From assembly GCA_036785375.1 (NCBI GenBank), contig JAWMAR010000650.1:682001-746000 (forward strand): a DNA stretch of 64,000 nt. Direction: 5' to 3'. The notes under the pieces are model-generated. The model worked only from the letters and a program-made list of their open reading frames with translations. It ran no database searches and was not told where the DNA came from. The stretch's first letter is position 1. Each line of letters begins with the position of its first letter. Source of the stretch: Leucoraja ocellata. Its lineage: Eukaryota. This document shows positions 29,254 to 41,715 of the stretch, in pieces. A program made the position numbers and the translations under genes.

Positions 29254-31134
29254 TCTTCCCTTAATTTCTCCCAATTTAATTTTGTAAGGGACCCACGTTA
29301 ACTCTAACTACTTTTTTACAATGCTATAAAACATTTTACTTTTTAAGGTAGTTTGTCACTTTCATAACCAACTTCTATACCTTAGTTGTGAAGTTTATTC
29401 AGACTTAAGATACTAGGTTCAGTTTGAACTAAATCACTTTCATCCTTTTATATTACTTTATATGGTATTGTGATCATTATTCCCTAAAGACCCATATAAT
29501 AACATAACATCAATTAACCCTTTCTCGTTACACAATACTAGATCTAAAATACCCTTTCCCCTTATTGTTGCCTCAACATATTGATCGAGAATATTCTCCA
29601 TGAATTCTTTTTCTAGACTATTACTGCATTTGATTTCCCCAATTTTAATGTGGATGAAAGACTTCCATTAATTTTGTGTTCCTCTTGTTTCATGCACCTC
29701 TATATATATTTTTTTATTGATGCAGTGCCCCATATTACTGCCCCAAATGTTTTGCCGGCCGATATATAAATCCTAATTTTTTTTTCCCTCCTTGCTATTT
29801 CTTAGATGCACTCGGATGAATGCACTTCTTGATTTTCAAAGCAATGATCCCTCCTCTTTACTGCATTTACCTCATTCTTTATTATTATGAAAGTCTCAAT
29901 ACCTTATCCATCTTGCCTCTCTTCTAAATGCTAGTTTCCTGGAATATTTAATTCCCAGATTTACTCACTTTCCAACCGCATAGCTCATGGCTATTAGATC
30001 ATGCACATTTATTTCTATTTGCACCGTTAATTCACTTATCTTGTTACTAAAGCTGTCTGCATTCAGATAAAGAGCCTTTTGTTTGTCTTTTTGTTTTACC
30101 ATTTTCTCTGCTGTGACTCTAACTGGATGTATATTCTTTTGTTTAGAAAAACCATTCTTTCCAGATAGACTGCAGTAATGTTACCCCTGCATCCATTCCT
30201 TTCCCTTTAACTTTTTAAACTTCCCATACCAGAACCTCCATCCTACCACCCTTGCCCCAAATCATGCNNNNNNNNNNNNNNNNNNNNNNNNNNNNNNNNN
30301 NNNNNNNNNNNNNNNNNNNNNNNNNNNNNNNNNNNNNNNNNNNNNNNNNNNNNNNNNNNNNNNNNNNNNNNNNNNNNNNNNNNNNNNNNNNNNNNNNNNN
30401 NNNNNNNNNNNNNNNNNNNNNNNNNNNNNNTATACACACCATTATGTTTTTTTAAAAATCTACAGCCTAGCAGATTCACCGGGAGGCTTGCAGCAGCCTG
30501 ATTAAAGTGAATCATGTCCCATCAGAATATCTCTCTATTTTCCAACACTGGTACCTGTGTCCATGAATTGGAAGCCATTTCTCTCATACCTAACTGAGGT
30601 GCAAATTCATTTCTCTGATCTTATTTACCTCGTGCCATCTTGCCCATAGCCAAGGTGATAATCCAAACACCTTTTGTGGTTCCTTTATATTTGGAACTCA
30701 ACTGCTCAGCTTCCCTTCAGCAGAACCTTCTACTGTTCTGTCCAAGTCATTGGTTCCCATGTGAACCACAACGTTGAGATCTTTCTCCACCCACTGTGGG
30801 TTTCTCTTCAGCCCACAGGAGATGATGGTTGGGCAACACAGTGTTTGGGACTTGTTGTTTGCAGCTACAGAGAACGCTGTCCCCCTCTCACCCACCCGAC
30901 TATTCTGTCCCCTTTTATTACTTAATTCTTTATAATTCTCCAAACCTGAAAGGCTCCCTACATCATGAGGTTTTGATCAGTTTACTCATCAACTCTGCAG
31001 TCTGTGTTGTTATCACACAGGCTGCAAGAACCTCATATATTTCAGAGAATTGAGGGCTGAGTCTGGTGCTCCACAATTGTCTGGATTTCCAAACCAGCCT
31101 CACTTCCTTCCACCTGACTGAGCAGTTAACTAAT

Positions 31135-31405
31135 ATTTATAGGTTTATAAGTTCCAGGAGCAGAATTAGGCCATTTGGCCCATCAAGTTTAATCCATCAT
31201 TCAATCATGGCTAATCTATCCTTCCCTCTCAACCTCATTCTCTTGCCTTCTCCACATCACCTGACACCCTCACTATCAAGAATCTAATCAATCTCCACCT
31301 TAAAACTATCCATTGACATGGCCTCCACGGTTGTCTGTGGCAATGAATTCCACAGATTCACCACCCTTTATCTAAAGAAATTCCTCCTCATCTCCTTTCT
31401 AAAGG
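31135..31405 (-). mobile_element. Younger CR1 3' fragment nested in the old CR1
   Basis: Reverse-complement similarity to 24644-24953 (ggagcagaattaggcc..gaattccacagattcaccacc). Confidence 0.85.
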
Positions 31406-32042
31406 CAAAAAACAAGATTAAAACTAGGATGTATGCGTGCCTTTAAGACAGTATCCATGTAGTCTTCCTCTTCCTGATGCATCGCAGTGCTTAAAACTCC
31501 AGACAATTCACTCTGACTCAAAGTTCTTTGAGCTGTACACAGTTACTGGATGTGTAATGGCCAAGGGTCATAATGGTTTGTATCAACTCCCACATGTCAC
31601 AGATACAACGCATAACCTGCGATACCTGTCGTCCTATAGTTCTGTATCGGTTTATTTAATATTATCACTGTCACCGTGACTTCGTCAGAGTCTGGAGATT
31701 GTGATCATTACGGTGATAGGATGCTGAGCTGAAAACATGCTGTTTTTGCATCAACCCCAGAGACTTTGTTTCCTAGGTCTCAGCACTTTTGAGTCACCTG
31801 ACTTCAATGAACCAGTTCTAGCTGGTTGCCCAAATACCTGGGAGACTAAAACCTACATGTTTACCACTTTATATTATTCCATTTTAAAACTGCATGGAAA
31901 ATTAAACTATGAAACCAAATGTAATAAAAAATTGAAATGAGAATAAAGGCACCTGTTCTTTGCCAAAATCCACGTTCTATAGACACTGCTGTCACAAGAC
32001 ACGGTGTGCTATGCTTTTAGCTGGAGAAGAGGAGGATCTACA

Positions 32043-32143
32043 GATCATTCTGAAGAAGGGTCTCAACCCGATACCTTGTCCATTCCTTCTCTCCAGAGAT
32101 GCTGCTTCACCCACTGAGTTACTCCAGCATTTTGTACCTACCT
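32043..32143 (+). mobile_element. Short Penelope-like repeat, copy D
   Basis: ctgaagaagggtctcaacccg..ctccagagatgctgc..gagttactccagcattttgt. Perfect 10-bp direct repeat aggatctaca (32033-32042 / 32144-32153). Confidence 0.8.
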
Positions 32144-32229
32144 AGGATCTACAAGGTGTTTACTTCCATTGCTTGAATTAACTGAGTTTGGTTGGGTGCA
32201 TTTTGAGTATTCCTAAGTGTATTCATTTT

Positions 32230-32557
32230 CATATAGAATTATCCAGCATGAACACAGGCCATTCAGTCCCCCAGGTCCCTGCCAATCATCGGGCACCTAT
32301 TTAAACTATTCCCACATGAATCCCTGGTTTATTCACCCCCACATTCCCATCAACTCCCTTCACATTATACTACTTACCGTGGGACAATTTATCGTGTAAA
32401 ATGTATCCTCTAGTTCACATGATTTGAGATATAAGAGAAAACTGGAGCACCACTAAGAAACACATCTGGTCAAAGGATCACACGGACAGGACAGCAGTTC
32501 AGGATTGAACCTTTTTTTCTTGGAGCAGCAATTCTCCATCTGTGCCACTGTGCTGCT
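32230..32557 (-). mobile_element. HE1-like SINE, decayed
   Basis: Similar to 20368-20659 (acaggccattcagtcc..gggacaattta..caggattgaacct..tgtgccactgtgctgc). Confidence 0.7.
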
Positions 32558-32597
32558 CATTGTGTTTATAATGTGTACACATTTTATTTTTTCCATG

Positions 32598-32715
32598 GGT
32601 TATAAGGAATAGGAGTAGAATTAGGCCATTCGGCCCATCAAGTCAACTCCACCATTCAATCATGGGTGATCTATCTCTCTCTCTCTCCTATACCCATTCT
32701 CCTGCTTTCTCCCCT
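32598..32715 (-). mobile_element. CR1 3' tail fragment
   Basis: ataggagtagaattaggccattcggcccatcaagtc..cattcaatcatgg, shared with the other CR1 tails. Confidence 0.8.
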
Positions 32716-32881
32716 TTTTTTATTTATAGTTGAGGGATTTTTAGCAAGAGATATTTGGAACCATTCAAGGCTCCTGCAGATATCTCCATTGGCTACTAGG
32801 CCTGGGATTGCGGCCTAGTCAATAGAAGTAGAGGTACATGTCTTAGCTAACTGTAAAAGTTTGTTCGGCAGGACATGTTTA

Positions 32882-33168
32882 CATAGATGACATAGTTTTC
32901 AGGTGAGAGGGGAAAGATTTAGTACGAATCAGAGTGGCAACCTTTTCCACACAGTGGGCATACGGAATGAGCTGCCAGAGGAGGTAGTTGAGGCAGAAAC
33001 TATAACAATATTTAAACAACATTTGGACAGATATCAGGATAGGAAAGGTGCTGAGAGGATTGGGCCAAATGCACGAGGGCTGGTGGGACTAGTGTAGATG
33101 GGGCATCTCGGTTGGAATGGGCAAGCTGGGCACAAGAGCCTGTTTCTATGTTGTATGACTCTATGACT
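32882..33168 (+). mobile_element. CR1-type LINE 3' fragment
   Basis: Translates ..RGERF..NELPEEVVEAETITIFKQHLDRY.., the CR1 ORF2 C-terminus. Tail tatgactctatgact. Confidence 0.85.
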
Positions 33169-33796
33169 TGTAGGAGAAGGATTGTTCTTGCTATGAGGAT
33201 TGAATGGTTTTTGCAGGAAGCTGCTGCATGCAATGTGAATAAGTTATGACCAGACATTGTGGGTGGTCAGATTGGGCCATTTCTGGAAAATCTATGCCAG
33301 TAGGAACAAGTGAGGAATAAGATATGTAAAGTATCATGAATAACTGGTTGGGTGGTGGGTATGGAGCTCTTATTCACATCCACCATGGCCACCAGCCAAG
33401 CAGGACTAAATGCTGATGTGGTGTGACATCCCTTGCATTGATTTTAGCTCTTGGAGTATATAGTGTTGATTCACTGCAGAAATATAGAACAAATGGCTGA
33501 CTTAGAGTCATCTGTGAGCCAACATGGGGAAAGCACAACTGTAAAGCAGACTTGGATCAGTGAAAAAGAGTTAACTTTTTGTTTGGAGGCTCTTTGTGCC
33601 AAAATCATGTCATATCCTTCCTCAGGTCCAGCATCTGTTCTATAGCATGTAGTTTCCCTTAATGCACTCTAGCAGAAAGGACACCTGCCAAGACCCTCCC
33701 TAATCTCAAGTAATCTGGTGAGTCACCCACAGGAAAAGGCTCTAGGATTGTTGGTCTTCAGATAGAGTACATGTCAGTAAAACTGCTACCAAATGA

Positions 33797-34163
33797 AATG
33801 GGGTTGGACAGGCTAGATGCAGGAAGATTGTTCATGATGTTGGGGAAGTCCAGAACAAGGGGTCACAGTTTAAGGATAAAGGGGAAATCTTTTAGTACTG
33901 AGATGAGAAAAACATTTTTCACACAGAGAGTGGTGAATCTGTGGAATTCTCTGCCATAGACGATAGTTGAGGCCAGTTCATTGGCTATATTTAAGAGGCA
34001 GTTAGATGTGGCCCTTGTGGCTAAAGGGATCAGGGGGTATGGAGAGAAGGCAGGTACAGGATACTGAGTTGGATGATCAGCCATGATCATATTGAATGGC
34101 GGTGCAGGTTCGAAGGGCCGAATGGCCTACTCCTGCACCTATTTTCTATGTTTCTATGTTTCT
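33797..34163 (+). mobile_element. CR1-type LINE 3' fragment, well preserved
   Basis: GLDRLDAGRLF..SRTRGHSLRIKGKSFSTEMRKTFFTQRVVNLWNSLP; tail (ttctatgt)n. Confidence 0.92.
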
Positions 34164-34680
34164 AAAACTGTCCATTCGTATGCATAAATAGGACTCCAGA
34201 AAATGTGGAGCTGCACTTGAAAAACAGGGCAACCAATCTGTATGTTCTCGACACCAAATATTACCAAAAAGGCATTGATATTGTACAAGAATGAACTTGT
34301 CAACCTGATTTTCTTGGAGAGGACAAAATTAGCAGACAAACCTTTCTGTAATTTGCAAATGACGTAGTAAATTCATTTATATAAAGTAAAACTGATCGTT
34401 CGGGAAAAATCCTCGCACCAAATTGAATATGTTCCTCAGTGAATTATTGGAATGCGATCTTAATCTGGGCCACGACCATTCCCATTGGTGCTGGTGGGAT
34501 AGGAAAGGAGTCCATGGCTCCTTCTTTCTTTCCAATCCTGGTATTGGAATTTTTTCAAGATTCATTATTGGGTGAGAATAGGATTGAATCTGACAAAAAT
34601 GGCTCAGAGTGAAATAATCTCACGAGACTCCCTGTCCATGTTCAAACATTAAATATGATCTTTTCAGTAAAGTGACAGAA

Positions 34681-34988
34681 GGGTGGCATAGTGGCAGTGG
34701 AACAGCTAGTGGAACTGCTGCCTCACACCACCAGAGGTTGAATCTGGACCTTGCGAGCTGTCTGTGTGGAGTTTGCACATATTTGGCGCCATATAGATTT
34801 CTTCTAGGTTTTCTGGTTTCCTCCAACATTCCAAAGATCTTGTGTGGCAGGTTAATTGGCCCCGGTGTGTGTAGGTGAGCAATAAGTCTGGAAGGAGTTG
34901 ATGAAAATGTGGGGAGAACAAGAAGTGGGATCAGCGTAAATGGGTGGTTGATGTTCGACACAGACCGAAGGGCCTATTTCCACATAGC
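34681..34988 (+). mobile_element. HE1/V-SINE-like SINE
   Basis: gggtggcatagtgg..gctgcctcacac..ctgtctgtgtggagtttgcac..ggtttcctcc..ccaaaga..gttaattggc, with tail ccgaagggcctatttcc. Confidence 0.8.
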
Positions 34989-37961
34989 ACCGATGTTTAT
35001 GGGAACATCATCCCAGCATAAGTTATTACTTCCAGGGGAATGGGTAAACATGGGACATGTCATTGTATCTCAGAAAAATGACATGTCTGTTTCTATTATA
35101 TGTGGTTCGGTTTCAGGATTTTAAAATGCACTACCCGCAGAAAGGAAAAGGAAGGTGCCCTTACCTTCAGCAGTCTGCGATGCTTCTTAATGTCTGAACT
35201 GATGCGAATCACTGGTATGATGACATATCACTGCACTCATATGCCTTGAATGCATGTACGGCTTGATTTTGATACTCTGGTTCTGCCAGACCAGAGCGAA
35301 TCCAACTTGAAACATAAATACAACATTACTTCATGACAGTTATGAAATAGAAGGAAGATCAACTATGGATCAACAAATTTGATGTGATTTTGATTTGCAG
35401 TTTAGAGGGGCGCAGTATGTTTAGAGAATTGTGGCTGAACCTATGAGCCAGGAAGTTAAACTTCGCTTTAATAGTTCACTTTATGTCCCCTATTTTTATG
35501 TGATGGATTAATTTCTACTATTAACACACAAGAACGCAGGACGGTGATGTACTACGGCTGCAGTCTATTTTCTCCAGCATCTTTCCTGTTCAGATTAAAC
35601 TCCTGATGTTTTATGATTGGATGGTTAAGTGTATAGAGTAAATGTAATTATCTGCTTGGGATTTGATAGCTATCAACAAGTCTGAATTAGAAATTCCTAA
35701 CCACTCCTAGTCTCACTAAAAAAACATAACGGCTATAAATGGACCTTTAATTAGAAAGTCAAAAATAAGTAGAACAAGCTTTTCTGTTTAAAGATATTCA
35801 TATTACAAATAGCTTACATATTTTAAATAGTAGCGACAGAATGAAATCTGGAGTAGAATTTTGCCATAAGCATGCATTGATTAAGTAGTCAGTAGGTATG
35901 TTGAAAATGATTTATTTAAGATTCAGTACTCTTTTGTTTTGCCATATGATAGCAGCGTTAAAAATAGTCAGAATAATTGAGACTATCATTCTGCAAGAAA
36001 AGAATGCATTTATTTGTAAGTGGAGAGCTGCAAAAAGGCTGTGAAAAATAGATTGGGGATAATTGGGTTATCAGATGTAGACGCTGCAGGGAATTGAACA
36101 TTATCTGCTCTAAATGTTAGAACTGGTGGGGGTCACTTCTGTAACTCTCCAGCTTCAGTTCTTCCTGCATCTGAAGGAATCCAGACAGTATAAAATGGTT
36201 TTTTACTGCCTGCTACCCCAAGTATCTCCATTCCTCTGCCCTTCAACAGGTTGACTTTATGAGCCATGACCACACTAAATAAAATCTTGCATTGCTTTCT
36301 CCCCATTGATTCACCAGACTTTAATTGCTTGGAACACAAGCCAGATCCTCTGCTTCAAGTGTGTTTCCCTTAGCTTCAGCTGCTGTTATTCATTTCTATT
36401 AGACAACTTCTAACTAAGGTATTGACTTGCACTTTGACACAGACATTGCTACTGTGTTTGATTGCACTGTTAATTTAAAATCTTCCCGAACAACATTTTA
36501 AACCATTTAACATTATGGTAAAGCTGTGTTTGTGGTATTATTAATTTATACTATTCTCCCAAGGTTAAGATAATGTAGCAGTAATTCATTATTCGGAGAG
36601 AAAAAAGAACTTAGTAGGTGATTTAGAACTGAATTAAGGAAATACAGATTTTATTTGTCTTCTGTCCCAAATATTCCACCAAATCTCAAGCCCTATTCAT
36701 CATAAGCAGAGATTTTTCTTGATTGAAAATGACTCATTAATTAGGTTTTTCCTGAAGGGAATTGAGTTAAAAAGACAAATGTATTTCTTATTTTGGTGGA
36801 TGGGCATGACCCCTGTGACCTTCACAATGTTTGAGTTTAGATTAATTGATAATCTCCTTTCGTAGTTACACGAGCTAATCTCTGTTATGAACATTAGCAT
36901 AAAATGTGTTTTTAAAAATAATTACATAACTTACTACAGTTAGCACTCGTCAATTTTCATCCAGATTTTACTAAATTCTGGGATTTTTACAGAATGTTAA
37001 TATACATGTGCTGGGAAGGCAGCCCAAATTTGTTGTTCCTTAATTGTTATTTTTTCCGTAACACATCAAATGGCTAACATATATACCCTGGAGATTTCCA
37101 ACCTGCCTTCAATATGTTTTTGTAGAGTTGTGTTCGTTCTCCATAGTTCTGGTGCGAACATTTCTGGACAATTGTAAAACTGATGGAAATGCAGATTAAC
37201 CGATACCCTCCAGCTGAACACAGGACTAATATTAATTAATTAAATTTGACCATGTTAGGTCTTCGTTGACTTAGCTCGCCTGGAATTCATTTATAGCACA
37301 ATGTTAAAGGGGAAAGAAACACTTGATCCATAATCCATAAATCAATTACAATTGATATTTTGAACAAAGAGAAAAAACCTATAATGCCCTTTAGGATTTT
37401 ATTTAATCCGTCCCTATAAGCAGAACCTATAACTTATACATATGCTCTATCATGTACAGAAAAATTGATAAAATAAGCAAAATTAAAATATATTAATTTC
37501 AAATACCTTTATTGATGCAAAAATGCTCATTTTGCATCCAATTTTAAGTGTTGTTGAAGAACTAGATCTAAGCACTTCAAATCCAGTATTTGTGATTTGG
37601 AACCATGATCTCATTCACTATTAAAGGCATCATTTGGCGCCATTCCCAGGACCATCCGTGGGAAGGTACCAAGTGATGATCTTGCTGCAGCTGTGTGGAG
37701 TAGATTAGAGCTAAAATAAATGACCAATGGAATTACCAGCTAAATGAGTGAAGCTCAATTTTCGATCAGTGTAGTTGAGTCCGTCGTGGAGAGAACCTAG
37801 CCTCAATTTAGCTCTGGGTTTAAACGTGCAATTTGGCATTGCAATCTGAGATGTGGAAGAAGGATCCGCTTTTTGTTTGAAATCCTTGAGTGGAATAAAT
37901 CCCAGAGAAAAGAAAGGGAAAATTGAAATAATGTTTTCATTGTCAGGAGAACTGTATTTAA

Positions 37962-38300
37962 ATAAGAACATAAGAAATTGGAACAAGAGCAGGCAATGCA
38001 GCCCTTTGAGCATTTGTACTGTATCACCAATCTTCTACTTTAGCACCATTTTTTAACATTGTTCCCTTGTCTCTTAATTCCCTTAAAGCTCAGAAACCTA
38101 TTGATCTCTCTTTTGAATGAACAAAATGACTGAGCTTACACAGCTGTAGAGGGTAGAATATTCCAAAGATTCACCACCTTCTAGGTGAAGAAATTCCTCT
38201 TCATTTAAGTCCTAAATGCTGTTGGTTCTTGACTCTTCAGCCAAAAGGAAACCATCTCCACTTGTATCTATGATGTCAAGACCTTTAAGCATTTGATAGC
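37962..38300 (-). mobile_element. CR1 3' fragment, decayed
   Basis: ataagaacataagaaattggaacaagagcaggc tail and attccaaagattcaccacc..gaagaaattcct. Confidence 0.75.
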
Positions 38301-38924
38301 TTTTTAGTTTGTCATATTTTTTTCACTTTCCATATCCTAGTACTTGGTCCTCATAGGAAAATGTTGTTGTGGTAAAGGAAAAAGCTGAGTTTTATGCTGG
38401 GATCCCTAATATCTTTAATATGCTTTCATCATCTAGATTCAACAATACAATTCAAATTGGTCACACATGTATACCATGACAAATAAGGAAAGGTAGGTGA
38501 GCCGGATGGAATAGGCAGAGGTTGATAGCAGGAGACATTGAATATTTATATACAGATAACCGTCATTCAAAGAGACTATAATGGGGGGAGGGGTTGATGT
38601 CCGTTATTGCCGATTGTCCACTATAAACGAGCAAGGGTTTTGAGCCCCATTGACTTCACTGCCCAGGAGGGGGGTCAGAATCCTGGAGCCCCTTCCCAGT
38701 GGTACTTCCCACCTCACCACACCGAGCACAGCAGCCCCAGAAGGCTGCCCAGCACCACCTTGTCCAGCACAGCTGGGGAACGGCAATAACCTCTGCCCCT
38801 GTTGCTGAATCCCGCATTCGGAGATTGAGAGCAAAGTGGGAGGTCCAGAGCATTGTTGCGGTGGATGAAGAAACCCTGTCCTGCTCTAAGTGAGACTCCC
38901 TCGACCAACTGCCCACCCAGAGTT

Positions 38925-39030
38925 TAGGGTGAAAGGACATTGGATTTAAACGTTAATCCCGTTTCCCCTTCCAAACACACTGCCTAACCTGCTGAGCGTT
39001 TCCAGATCTTCCTAATTTTAGTTCAGGATC
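38925..39030 (+). mobile_element. Divergent relative of the Penelope-like short repeat
   Basis: tgaaagg..aaacgttaa..ctgcctaacctgctgagcgtttccag resembles the family body. Confidence 0.45.
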
Positions 39031-39235
39031 CATTCTGTTTCTTTGACTCTGGGATTATGTGGTTCCTATGCATTCCGGGACCACTGATCATATCCCATGG
39101 AAAATGTCCTTCTCTGATCCCACTATTGAAAGTGAGGTTATGACAGATATTGTCTGCTGTTTAACTGAAATCCATTATAAAGAGGCCCATAATAACGAGG
39201 GTAGACTGTGTCACTGCAAAAGGAAAAAAGGCATA

Positions 39236-40461
39236 CAGTGCCCTCCATAATGTTTGGGACAAAGACCCATCATTTATCTATTTGCCTCTGTACTCCACAA
39301 TTTGAGATTTGTAATAGAAAAAATCACATGTGGTTAAAGTACACATTGTCGGATATTAATAAAGGGTATTTCTATACATTTTGGTTTCACCATGTAAAAA
39401 TTACATCAGCGTTTATACAAAGTCCCCCATTTTAGGGCACCATAATGTTTGGGACACATAATGTCATGTAAATGAAAGTAGTCATGTTTAGTATTTTGTT
39501 GCATATCTGCATACTATCATTGCTTGAAGTCTGCGATTCATGGACATCACCAGTTGCTGGGTGTCTTCTCTGGTGATACCCTGCCAGGCCTGTACTGCAG
39601 CCATCTTTAGCTTATGCTTGTTTTGGGGGCTAGTCCCCTTCAGTTTTTTCTTCAGCATATAAAATGCATGCTCAATTGGGTTCAGATCAGGTGATTGACT
39701 TGGCCACTCACGAATAGACCATTTTTTAGCTTTTAAAAACTCCCTTGTTGCTTTAGCAGTATGTTTGGGATCATTGTCTTGCTGTAGAATGAACTGCCGG
39801 CCAATGAGTTTTGAGGCATTTGTTTGAACTTGAGCAGATAAGGTGTCTATGCACTTCAGAATTTATTATGCTGATACCAACAGCAGTTGTATCATCAATG
39901 AGGATAAATGAGCCAGTGCCTTCAGCCGCCATACATGCCCAAGCCATAACACCCCCCACCACCGTGTTTCACAGGTGAGGTGGTATGCTTTGGATCTTGG
40001 GCAGTTCCTTCTCTCCTCCATACTTTGCTCTTGCCATCACTCTGATATAAATTAATCTTCATCCCATCTGTCCACAAAACCTTTTTCCAGAACTGTGGCT
40101 TCTCTTTTAAGTACTTCTTGGCAAACTGTAACCTGGCCATCCTATTTTTGCGGCTAATTAGTAAGCTCACCAGTGCTCTCTTTCTTCTTAATGATGTTCC
40201 AAACAGTTGATTTTGGTTTGGGGTTTTAAGAGTTTTATTCTTGTTTCTCAGTCTCATAATGGCTTTAACTTTCATTGGCACAACTTTGGTCCTCTTGTTG
40301 ATAAATAGCAATAAAAGTTTCCAAAGGTGATGGAAAGACTGGAGGAAAGATTAGGTGCTGAGAGCTCTCTTATACCTGCATTACAGAGGCAATGAAACAC
40401 ACCTGAGCAATTACAAATGCCTGTGATGCCATGTGTCCCAAACATTATGGTGCCCTGAAAT

Positions 40462-40505
<44 letters not shown>

Positions 40506-40698
40506 GGGACTATGTATTAACACTGCTGTAATTTCTACATGGTGAAACCAAAATGTACAAAAATAGCCTTTATTAAAATCTGACAACGTGCACTTTAACC
40601 ACATGAGATTTTTTTTCTATTACAAATCCCAAATTGTGGAGTACAGAGGCAAATAAATAAATTATGGGTCTTTGTCCCAAACATTATGGAGGGCACTG
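39236..40698 (-). mobile_element. Tc1-family (DD34E) DNA transposon, IR-DR type, defective transposase
   Basis: TA|CAGTG...CACTG|TA ends. ~220-bp terminal inverted repeats, each carrying ccataatgtttgggaca twice. Minus-strand transposase remnants: FWKKVLWTDG, KHGGG, ILQQDNDPKH..EWPSQSPDLNPIE, with 34 residues between D and E. Frameshifted. Confidence 0.96.
40462..40503. repeat. Poly(G) tract inside the right Tc1 TIR
   Basis: About 42 consecutive G, where the left TIR has only ccccc. Confidence 0.95.
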
Positions 40699-40737
40699 TA
40701 TGTTCTCCACTTTGAATATTCAGGGTCTCAAAGTGTT

Positions 40738-40870
40738 TGTGTTGGAAGGAACTGCAGGTGATGGTGAGTACAAGAGAGAGACACAAAGTGCTGGAGCAAC
40801 TCATCGGGTCAGGAAACATTTCTGGAGAAAGGGACCAGATATTCTTTCAGGTCTGAACATTCTTCAGACT
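40738..40870 (-). mobile_element. Short Penelope-like repeat, copy F
   Basis: gaaggaactgcag..gacacaaagtgctggagcaactca..tctggagaaa..ttcttcagact is the reverse complement of the family. Confidence 0.7.
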
Positions 40871-41715
40871 CAATAAACAAAAGACAATAGGTGCAGGAGT
40901 AGGCCATTTGGCCCTTCGAGCCAGCACCGCCATTCAATGTGATCATGGCTGATCATCCCCAATCAATAACCCATTCCTGCCTTCTCCCCATATCCCCTGA
41001 CCCCGCTATATTTAAGAGCCCCATCTAGCTCTCCCTTGAAAGTATCCAGAGAACCAGCTTCCATGACCCTCTGAGACAGAGAATTCCACAGACTCACAAC
41101 TCTCTGTGTGAAAAAGTGTTTCCTCAACTCTGTTCAAAATAGCTTACCCCTTATCCTCAAACTGTAGCCCCTGGTTCAGGGCTCCCCCAACATTGGGAAC
41201 ATGTTTCCTGCCTATAGCATGTCCAAACCGTTAATAATCTTATATGTTTAAGTAAGATCTGCTCTCATCCTGAATTCCAGAGTGTACAAGCCCAGCCGCC
41301 CCATTCTCTCAGCATATGAGAGTCCCGTCATTCTGGGAATTAACCTTGTCTCGTACGCTGCACTCCCTCAATAGCAAGAATGTCCTTCCTAAAATTAGGG
41401 GACCTGGGGATTTATCAGCCTTCTGTCCCATCAGTCTACCCAACACCATTTCCTGCCTAATGTGGATTTCCTTCAGTTCCTCCGTCACCCCAGATCCTCT
41501 GGCCACTAGTACATTAGGAAGATTGTTTGTGTCTTCCTTAGTGAAGACTGATCCAAAGTACCTGTTCAACTCATCTGCCATTTCCTTGTTCCCAAATAAT
41601 AAATTTGCCTTTTTCAGTCTCCAAGGGTCCAACTTTGGTCTTAACTAATTTTTTCCTCTTCACACACCTAAAGCTTTTACTATCCTCCTCTACATTCTTG
41701 GCTAGCTTACCTTCA
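40871..41715 (-). mobile_element. CR1 LINE fragment with internal deletion
   Basis: 3' tail at 40871. ORF 41309-41632 (GNKEMADELNRYFGSVFTKED..DKSPGP) is joined directly to the post-RT region at ~41400. Confidence 0.9.

Larger units (their letters stand above)
27330..31640 (-). mobile_element. Near full-length decayed CR1 LINE with nested insertions
   Basis: Minus strand, 5' to 3': C-x-C-DMWE remnant (~31600), ORF1 esterase-like VVVHMGTNDLDR (ORF 30698-30943), decayed ORF2, and a CR1 3' region at ~27330-27500. Boundaries approximate. Confidence 0.75.
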
